Positions 57,101 to 64,000 of a stretch of DNA of 64,000 nucleotides are shown here, one piece after another. Every line of letters starts with the position of its first letter. The first letter of the stretch is position 1. This stretch comes from Candidatus Helarchaeota archaeon (GTDB lineage Archaea; Asgardarchaeota; Lokiarchaeia; Helarchaeales; RDOG01), in contig JAHPZH010000003.1 of NCBI GenBank assembly GCA_019058315.1, positions 73,669 through 137,668 on the forward strand, in the 5' to 3' direction. The notes under the pieces are model-generated. The model saw only the letters and a program-made list of their open reading frames with translations. It did not search any database and was not told where the DNA came from. The position numbers were made by a program, and so were the translations under genes.

Positions 57101-58222
57101 TTGATAATTTTTAATACAATAAGAGAAGCAATGTTACGATTGGACTTTTTAATTGTTATTCTCACCATTGAATTATCTTTAATTTTTATCAGGCAATGGT
57201 ATATGGATAAGAAACAAAAATCTGAAAATATAGTCTCCCTTAGTTATGGTATTTACTACCTAATCATAGGACTAGGTTTTGCAATATATTCAATAAGAAG
57301 ACATTATCTTAATAATAACCCATTTTGGAGATTTTTTGGAATTCAATCGAATTATTCATATTTTCTTTTTATTTTAGCAATATTTAGTATGTGTTGTGGA
57401 TCACTTCTATTTTCTTTAGCACTAGAGTTTAAATACAGAAAATTTTTAAAAACCAAATTTAGTTTTTCGCTATTTTTAGCAAGTCTATTATTTATGCTTT
57501 TAATTTTTCAAAAAACACCTTTTTTTTTCCCAATTATTAATTCATTTGCTGTCTTCTCTGCACTTTTTCCATATCTATTTATTTATTATTTAATTGTAAA
57601 TACATTAGGAAGAATTAGAAAAAAACTAATTTTTGGAGCAATTTCTTTAACAATTACAATTATTGGATTGGCGGGTGTATCAGACCAAGGTATAATGATT
57701 TTAAAAAATGTTTCGCCTTATTTTGAACCTTATTTAATTATATTTCAATTATTAGGTGTGTTTGGATTAATTTTATTAATCCTTTCTTTTTGGGGGTTTA
57801 ATTTATTATTAGAAGCTCAATGGAAAGGGAATATAATATCACTTTTTATAATCGATAGATATAGAGGAGATCCTTTATTTACAAAGAAATTTTTGCCAGA
57901 TATTCGAGATGTTGAAGATACAGATGGATTTTTAGCGAAAGGTTTAAAGGGTATTATAGGTCAGATAAGTGAATTATCAGAAACCAAAAAAAACTTACAT
58001 ATTATAGATAAGGAAAATTTAAAAATTGTATTACATTATGGAGAAAAAATTGTTTCTGCTTTATTGATAAGAAGAGAATTAATGAATATTAATTATATTC
58101 TTTCAAAAATAACACTAAAATTTGAGGATAATTTTCTGCCTTTTTATGATTCATGGTTAAAAGAGGATGATATTTTTAAGCCAATGGATAAAATTATTGG
58201 AGAATTAATTCCAGGTATTTAG
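57101..58222 (+). CDS. 7TM membrane domain + C-terminal longin-like domain (type 1)
   Basis: About 7 TM segments, LEAQWKGNIISLFIID, GLKGI, LHYG and FEDNF...W motifs. Confidence 0.75.
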   Translation: MIIFNTIREAMLRLDFLIVILTIELSLIFIRQWYMDKKQKSENIVSLSYGIYYLIIGLGFAIYSIRRHYLNNNPFWRFFGIQSNYSYFLFILAIFSMCCGSLLFSLALEFKYRKFLKTKFSFSLFLASLLFMLLIFQKTPFFFPIINSFAVFSALFPYLFIYYLIVNTLGRIRKKLIFGAISLTITIIGLAGVSDQGIMILKNVSPYFEPYLIIFQLLGVFGLILLILSFWGFNLLLEAQWKGNIISLFIIDRYRGDPLFTKKFLPDIRDVEDTDGFLAKGLKGIIGQISELSETKKNLHIIDKENLKIVLHYGEKIVSALLIRRELMNINYILSKITLKFEDNFLPFYDSWLKEDDIFKPMDKIIGELIPGI

Positions 58223-58232
58223 GTGCGATTTT

Positions 58233-59297
58233 TTGCTAGAAATAGTATTTTTAGGAGAAAATAGAGAAATAGCTATGGTAGTAGAGGGAATATTAATTTT
58301 ATTATGTTGGCAATTCTCAGTTTATTTTTCATATAAATATTATCGAAATGTAAAAGATCAAAAATTATCAAGAAATGAATTGGATTGGGCACTATTTTTT
58401 GTATCATTTGGATTTACACATTTTTTTTATCAATTTGCGGATTATTATCCAGTGGATCACCAATTTTTTTCGTTTTTGGGTTATATAAGCATGGGTATAG
58501 GGATATTTTTATTCACAACACATTTAGAAAAAATTAAAACGATTCAAACGAAATGGGTATTTCCAGCGATAACTTTTATTATTCTTCTTAGTTTTATAAT
58601 CACTTATATTTATGATCCCAGATTACCACAAACTTTAGCCATTATATTGATTATCCCAGCAACAATTATTATTCCATATTTCATATTTAGGATGTTTAAA
58701 ACTTTAAGTCGTAGATATCAATTCTATACTATAGGTCTATTTGGGGGGTTATCCTTTATTCTGGTTGGAAACCTTGGAGCATCTGATGTTGCCGTTTCCA
58801 TTTTTGGAACATATATAAGGATATTAGCGAGTCTATTAATGATATTAGGAATTAGTTTACTTGCGCTTTTTTTCAATATATTACCCTCACTATCAGAACT
58901 TAATTGGTATGATAAACTAAAATATATTATAATTATAGATCAAACCGGGATTTGCTTGTATGATGAAGATTTCCAAGAAAAAACTAGATTAAACAAAAGA
59001 TTATTAGCTGCTGCTTTATTCAACGTTCATGAATTTTTGGATCAAATGACAAAAGGATTCAAAAAGCTGAAAATTCTTGAAAAAGGAGATGAATTCTTTA
59101 TTTTAGAGTATGGACAACAAGTAATCGGAGTATTAGTAACTACAGAATTATTGGAATCTTTAAAATATCTTTTAAGAAGTTTTGTAATAGAATTTGAGAA
59201 TTTTTATTCAGATATTTTAAAATCTTGGAACGGTGATGCTCGAATGTTTCTCCCCACGTCCCAATTAACATCAAAAATATTCAAAAAGATTCGATGA
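58233..59297 (+). CDS. 7TM membrane domain + C-terminal longin-like domain (type 2)
   Basis: About 7 TM segments, LPSLSELNW, IIIDQTG.C.Y, LEKG and FENFYSDILKSWNGD motifs. Confidence 0.75.
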   Translation: MLEIVFLGENREIAMVVEGILILLCWQFSVYFSYKYYRNVKDQKLSRNELDWALFFVSFGFTHFFYQFADYYPVDHQFFSFLGYISMGIGIFLFTTHLEKIKTIQTKWVFPAITFIILLSFIITYIYDPRLPQTLAIILIIPATIIIPYFIFRMFKTLSRRYQFYTIGLFGGLSFILVGNLGASDVAVSIFGTYIRILASLLMILGISLLALFFNILPSLSELNWYDKLKYIIIIDQTGICLYDEDFQEKTRLNKRLLAAALFNVHEFLDQMTKGFKKLKILEKGDEFFILEYGQQVIGVLVTTELLESLKYLLRSFVIEFENFYSDILKSWNGDARMFLPTSQLTSKIFKKIR

Positions 59298-59345
59298 TAT
59301 TGTAAATTTGTTTAAAAAAATCAACCAATAAAGAAGTGTTTTATT

Positions 59346-59906
59346 TTGTTTCCAAGATATAATTTAAAAATTCTTGTTATTGGTATTTCAATCGTGATAT
59401 TTTGTGGAATTATGTTTCCAATTTTAAGCTATCCATGGGAATTTAGTGTTTTATTATCAGTATTATTAAATATTGGTCATTCTGTTGCCTTTTGGGGTAT
59501 GATCTTAATTTTTATTAATTTAGTTCTCCATTATACAAGAAAAAGACGTGATTATAAATTTAAGGAATTCGCAATGACTTCTGGACTTTCTTTTATACCT
59601 TTATTGATTTATAATATTTTTATACCAATTTTAAATAATTTAAAATCCGACAATCTCATCAGTGCTTGGGATATTAATTTAATAACGGTCAGTACAAATA
59701 GGGAATCCTTTCAAATCTTGTTTTTTTTCTCAAGGATAATAACAATATTGTGTATTTTTTTCTTTCTTTTACTCTTGAGCTTCAGTATAAGAGATACATT
59801 TGAACTCGAATTAATTAAAGCAATATATCTTTGTATCTTTATTGTACTAATAGCATACTTGATTTCGGATGGTTTATTCACCATATGGGAGTTCTTTGAA
59901 TTATGA
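59346..59906 (+). CDS. Multi-pass membrane protein, Yip1-domain-like
   Basis: About 5 TM segments. F......GLSFIP and LL...IR..F.L...KAI patterns resemble Yip1 domains. Confidence 0.5.
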   Translation: MFPRYNLKILVIGISIVIFCGIMFPILSYPWEFSVLLSVLLNIGHSVAFWGMILIFINLVLHYTRKRRDYKFKEFAMTSGLSFIPLLIYNIFIPILNNLKSDNLISAWDINLITVSTNRESFQILFFFSRIITILCIFFFLLLLSFSIRDTFELELIKAIYLCIFIVLIAYLISDGLFTIWEFFEL

Positions 59907-61135
59907 GAAAACTGGAAACTGCTTTTTTATCTGCGATTCTAATCATTGCAGGTGTTTCATATTTATCATATTGGTGGATTGAAACTGATGTTACGCCACA
60001 GAATAGAGTGGTTGATTTATGGGGAATAGACCCATTTTCTATTGGATTACAATATGGATTATCTTGTAAAAATGAAATTCAAGGTATATGTTCAGGTCTG
60101 ACTCTAGTAGATGGTCTTTTTAAGCTCATTACGAATTTAGCGAGTATTCATTTTACTTTTATAATGCAACCTTTTGTCCCAAAAGAATATCTAATAGAAA
60201 TGTGTGGAGTTGCTTTAGGAGCAGGCGTGACTTATAATCAGATTTTTTTTCTGAATTATATGGCGGATTACATGCAGATATTATCAGAAAGTGCAATGAG
60301 TTGCTCACAATTTATTTTAATCAATAATACTCTTCCAATTTATGGGCCAATGTTTGGACGAACATTAGATTATCCAGGAGACGTGGTGTTGGATAGATAT
60401 CAGGTTATTATAAGACTAAATGACTATCCCGGTAGTGGACATTCAATAATCGGGCATACAATCGCTGGAATGATTGGATACTTAACTGGGATAAATGAAG
60501 AAGGATTAACTATTGGTGTAAGTCAGATTAATCCTCATAAAATTGATATTGGTCCTGGAATGTCTTGTGTATTAGCAATTCGGGATATTCTTCAACATAA
60601 TGAGACTACTGAACAAGCTGCAAAGACTTTTGGTGATTATGAGCGTCATACAGTAGGAGCATGGTGTTTTGCGATATTAGATGGGAATGGTTCTGCAGCA
60701 GTTGTTGAATTAGCTCATAAAATTCCAGATACGCAAGAAGTATTTAATAATACAATAAAGGGTGATGATTTACCTTTCATGGTAATTACCAATCATTTTA
60801 TATCCCCTGAAATGTATCCTCTCTCCGCTCATTCTCAACAATCAGAAGCTAGATTCGATGCTTTACTTCATGAAATTCCAAAAATACCTTATCATGATTT
60901 ATCGTCAGCAATTAATTTATTAAAGTCCCATTATGATCCAATTTTAAAGTGTAACAATCCAGGTCATCGAACCGTATGTAATCATGGAATACAGCCCTAT
61001 CATGGTACAATGGGAGGTTTTATTGGAGTACCTAAGACCCCTATGGCGGTTTTTTGCCTTGGTCGACCATGTGAATCAGATTTTTATATTATGACTTTTG
61101 AGCCAATTAATTATCTCATTGGACCAATTACTTAA
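59903..61135 (+). CDS. C45/acid-ceramidase-like Ntn hydrolase (autoprocessed, Cys nucleophile), N-terminally anchored
   Basis: G.QYG, EM.GVA.GAG, N-x-CS (MSCSQF), GRTLDY, GINEEGL and TNHF motifs. ATGA overlap with the previous gene. Confidence 0.85.
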   Translation: MRKLETAFLSAILIIAGVSYLSYWWIETDVTPQNRVVDLWGIDPFSIGLQYGLSCKNEIQGICSGLTLVDGLFKLITNLASIHFTFIMQPFVPKEYLIEMCGVALGAGVTYNQIFFLNYMADYMQILSESAMSCSQFILINNTLPIYGPMFGRTLDYPGDVVLDRYQVIIRLNDYPGSGHSIIGHTIAGMIGYLTGINEEGLTIGVSQINPHKIDIGPGMSCVLAIRDILQHNETTEQAAKTFGDYERHTVGAWCFAILDGNGSAAVVELAHKIPDTQEVFNNTIKGDDLPFMVITNHFISPEMYPLSAHSQQSEARFDALLHEIPKIPYHDLSSAINLLKSHYDPILKCNNPGHRTVCNHGIQPYHGTMGGFIGVPKTPMAVFCLGRPCESDFYIMTFEPINYLIGPIT

Positions 61136-61147
61136 GGAGATAAAAAT

Positions 61148-61561
61148 ATGGAATTTGAATTAAAAGAAACGAAATTTGAAGAAAAAATAACCCCTATTAA
61201 AATTTATCTAAAAAGAATCTTAAGAATATTAGTCAGTTCATTAGTTGGAATAATCGCAGGATTGGGTATGTTAGTTCTAAATATCTTTTGGTCTATGAAT
61301 TTCATTCCTGAAATATCTTATAATGATAAAATGTCATTTTCAATTATTTCATTAGGATTACAAGCACTTTTCATCTTGGGTCCACAATTTATTGCAGGTT
61401 TTATCTCAACAAGTATTAAAAAGGCATTAATAACAGCAATAGTTGTAACCGCAACTTTAGGTACTATTTCATTTTTGTTTAGTGTAATTCAAGGAGTGGT
61501 AAACTCAGCAATAATTATTCTAGGAATTTATATAGGCGGATATTATGCTGAACGACTTTAA
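61148..61561 (+). CDS. Hypothetical membrane protein (about 4 TM)
   Basis: Hydrophobic segments and GGAG RBS. Confidence 0.65.
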   Translation: MEFELKETKFEEKITPIKIYLKRILRILVSSLVGIIAGLGMLVLNIFWSMNFIPEISYNDKMSFSIISLGLQALFILGPQFIAGFISTSIKKALITAIVVTATLGTISFLFSVIQGVVNSAIIILGIYIGGYYAERL

Positions 61562-61635
61562 GTAAATTAATTATTGATCTTAAGAACACTTTAGATTAAA
61601 AATTGATAAAAAAGAATAAAATATTGTTTGAATTT

Positions 61636-63102
61636 TTATTTATTTAGTTCTTTTCGTCTTTCTTCCAAATTAAAATCTATATTTACATTTCTAAACACTA
61701 AAAGCCCTAGAACCATGAATATTACTGTAATGGGTCCAAACCATAGGTATCCTGATGAAACCAATTTAGGAATTGGGTCGAATGAAAATGGAAATTTATC
61801 TAATAAGAAGCTCATCCAAATAAATATTTGATTTGGATTAGGTAAATCTTGCGTACTAAGTAAAACAATCCATGTTTTAATATTCGATTCTGTGAAAATG
61901 ATTGGAAGATAGGGTAAAAAGCCAAATATTAATCCAGAGAGAATCATAGCAGGTGCTTGGAATATATTTAGATATAATTCTTTAACACCCCAATATAATC
62001 CTGCTTTGTGTTGTTCTCCAGTTCTAAGTTCGTCATCTTCAGCAAAATCGGCCATAACCACATAAGGGAAGAGATACCAAGAAGAAATCCCAGCAGCAAC
62101 GAGTCCAATGTAAATAAAACCTAAAAATTCAATTCTGATTATGCCTATAATTAGCGAAAATGGTACAAAAATAGTAAATACTATTAAAGCAGATTTCAAT
62201 GCATAATGTTTGGATTTCTTTTTAGATAATCTACTCCATATAGTCCAGAGAAAGATTACAGATAGGAAAAGTATGAGAGCTGCAATAATATATTGAGTTA
62301 ATCCAAATAATAATACATTTTGCATAAATCCGAGGACTGAATTTATAACTATTGTAAAAACTATTGCGAAACAGCCTTGAGCAAGCTGCCACGTCATAAA
62401 ATTCTTGTTTCTCCAAGTTATTTTTAACCCATCTATCAAGCTACGTTCGATCTTAACGCTTGGATCTTCCTTGAGTTTGAATAAAGGTGTAACATAACCA
62501 CAGATTTCAATGAGCCCAAAGATTATTATAATAATAGGCAATATTGACAGCCCTTTACCTGTGAAGGCTGCTGGAAATAATATGGTTACTATTGCAGAAA
62601 TCCCAACAGCTAAAACATTAAAGAAATTTTGGTAGGCAGAAACCTCAATTCTTTCATGTTCTTGTGTTAATTCTCTCATCCAGGCTTGGTAAGGTGAGAG
62701 CAAGAACCCATAGAAGAAATTGAAAGCACAAATGAATATTAATAAGTAGAGGAATAAAAGAACTTCATTTCCTAGTGATACTCCAAGAATTTTAATAAGA
62801 TTTAATCCAAATATATGAGGGATGAATAGCAAAGTAAATGATATCGCTAATGCAGGTGCACCAATGAGAATATATGGTTTTCTTCTACCAAATTTAGTAT
62901 TAGTTTTATCAGATATATATCCAAAAAAAAATCCACTAAAAGCAATGGTGAATTTTCCCATCCCTGTAGCTATACCACTAAGAATTGGTTCTAAATTAAA
63001 GATTTCAAAATAGAGATAGAAACTTAGAAAACTTACCAAATCTAATAAAAGAGAACTACCAAAACGACCGCTTCCATATATTATTTTGTCTTTTTTTTCC
63101 AT
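61636..63102 (-). CDS. MFS transporter, GPH (MelB-like) family
   Basis: GYISDKTNTKFGRRKPY, PYQA...EL....ER and MAD.AEDDELRTG...AGLY motifs. Confidence 0.9.
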   Translation of the reverse strand: MEKKDKIIYGSGRFGSSLLLDLVSFLSFYLYFEIFNLEPILSGIATGMGKFTIAFSGFFFGYISDKTNTKFGRRKPYILIGAPALAISFTLLFIPHIFGLNLIKILGVSLGNEVLLFLYLLIFICAFNFFYGFLLSPYQAWMRELTQEHERIEVSAYQNFFNVLAVGISAIVTILFPAAFTGKGLSILPIIIIIFGLIEICGYVTPLFKLKEDPSVKIERSLIDGLKITWRNKNFMTWQLAQGCFAIVFTIVINSVLGFMQNVLLFGLTQYIIAALILFLSVIFLWTIWSRLSKKKSKHYALKSALIVFTIFVPFSLIIGIIRIEFLGFIYIGLVAAGISSWYLFPYVVMADFAEDDELRTGEQHKAGLYWGVKELYLNIFQAPAMILSGLIFGFLPYLPIIFTESNIKTWIVLLSTQDLPNPNQIFIWMSFLLDKFPFSFDPIPKLVSSGYLWFGPITVIFMVLGLLVFRNVNIDFNLEERRKELNK

Positions 63103-63111
63103 CGTAATGAC

Positions 63112-64000
63112 CTAAGATTTAGATTTTCTTCTTTCTTCTAAATTGAAATCAATTTTTACTCTTTTAAAAACTAAGTGCCCTAATATCATAAAGATTACAC
63201 AGATTGGTCCAAAGAAAATATAACCTGAGGTTACAGGATTAGGCAATTCTAAAGAGAGTTTACCTGTGAAATAACTTAGAATAAGGAATATTTGACCTTC
63301 TGAATCTAGTTCTCTAAATATTGATAATATAATTATGGTTTGTTTATTAGTATCATTGAGAATATAACCGAGAGAAGGCAATACACTAAAAATAATTCCA
63401 GTAACTAACATTGCAAACGCTTGGAAGATATTAAGCGGTATACTATTGAAACCAGTATACATTCCTGCTCTCTTTTCTCCCGTCCTAAGTTCATCATCTT
63501 CAGCCATATCGGCAATTATTACATAAGGGAACAGATACCAGCTGCTAATCGACGAAGCCAAAAGTGCAATATAAATATATCCAAATAATTCATTTGGAAT
63601 AAGACCAAATATCGATAAGGGTATAATTATTGTAAACATGATTAAAGAAATTGAAAGTGACCAATGTTTTGATCTCTTATTTGACATAATAGACCAAGTC
63701 TTCCACATAATGATTATTACAATAAGAAGTATAACTGAAGCGATAATTAATTCAAAGGTAGAATACATCAAAATGCGTTGAACAAAACCAAGAACACTAT
63801 TAATAATAATTGTAAATGCGATCGAGAAAAAACCTTGAGCAACCATCCATAACATATAATTTTTATTTTCCCAAACTACTTTTAATTCTGTTTTTAAATT
63901 TGGTTGTGAGACAAATCTTTCCATGTCTTCTTCTAATGTTATAAATGGAAGTATATAACCCACAATCTCAATTATACCACAAACTATGACTACATAAGGA
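63112..64000 (-). CDS. MFS transporter, GPH family, 3' part (start beyond window); tandem paralog of 61636..63102
   Basis: The frame stays open beyond 63963 to the window edge. Shares SSWYLFPYV..AD.AEDDELRTGE and IDFNLEERRK with the neighbour. Confidence 0.88.
   Translation of the reverse strand, partial: PYVVIVCGIIEIVGYILPFITLEEDMERFVSQPNLKTELKVVWENKNYMLWMVAQGFFSIAFTIIINSVLGFVQRILMYSTFELIIASVILLIVIIIMWKTWSIMSNKRSKHWSLSISLIMFTIIIPLSIFGLIPNELFGYIYIALLASSISSWYLFPYVIIADMAEDDELRTGEKRAGMYTGFNSIPLNIFQAFAMLVTGIIFSVLPSLGYILNDTNKQTIIILSIFRELDSEGQIFLILSYFTGKLSLELPNPVTSGYIFFGPICVIFMILGHLVFKRVKIDFNLEERRKSKS

Noticed and set aside
53943-59297. Calling the 7TM proteins rhodopsins or true GPCRs
   Set aside because: I could not identify a retinal-binding DxxxK-type helix-7 motif or GPCR motifs (DRY, NPxxY). 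Only the TM count is similar.
480-63013. Numerous 60-150 aa ORFs overlapping longer genes (e.g. 480..704, 7701..8042, 20746..21126, 32997..33299, 47227..47673, 61628..61831)
   Set aside because: They lie antisense or out of frame within well-supported genes and have no recognisable motifs.
1-64000. rRNA, tRNA, integrase or transposase genes
   Set aside because: No GC-rich structured stretches or recombinase motifs were seen by eye. tRNAscan-SE, Infernal and ISEScan would be needed to exclude them formally.

Overview
This is a very AT-rich, gene-dense archaeal window with many TTG/GTG starts, GGAG/GGTG ribosome-binding sites and TTTATA-type boxes. Its gene content points to an Asgard archaeon (Lokiarchaeia/Helarchaeales-like, by inference): Rab-like and Arf-like small GTPases, many longin-like proteins and methanogen-type redox genes. 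The left third (about 2-23 kb) is an anaerobic sulfur/thiol island. It contains hdrBC, a 2-hydroxyacyl-CoA dehydratase/benzoyl-CoA-reductase-like operon, larE, DUF2099, a PP-loop thiolase and a signal-less sulfonate-type binding protein. It also holds a 10-gene sulfur-relay operon (ThrC-like, MoaD/SAMP, DUF169, MoeB, TusA, DsrH/E/F, TusA, radical SAM), a Cys-tailed longin protein and a GGR-family reductase. These promoters share a recurring 13-bp palindrome, ATNACANTGTWAT (about 10 good copies). The middle holds redox and catabolic genes: an unannotated 38-aa desulforedoxin, Isf, AfpA, a PaaK pair, a racemase, non-Pyl MttB/MttC, a nitronate monooxygenase and porCDAB. The right third (about 45-61 kb) is a eukaryotic-signature island. 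It has an NPRL2/uDENN-like longin plus Arf-like GTPase cluster, and a duplicated module of one Rab-like GTPase plus a type-1/type-2 pair of 7TM-longin fusion proteins, followed by a Yip1-like gene. That module is a candidate membrane-receptor/GEF signalling system. I saw no rRNA, tRNA, CRISPR array or transposase. All family assignments come from motif recognition by eye, not from database searches.
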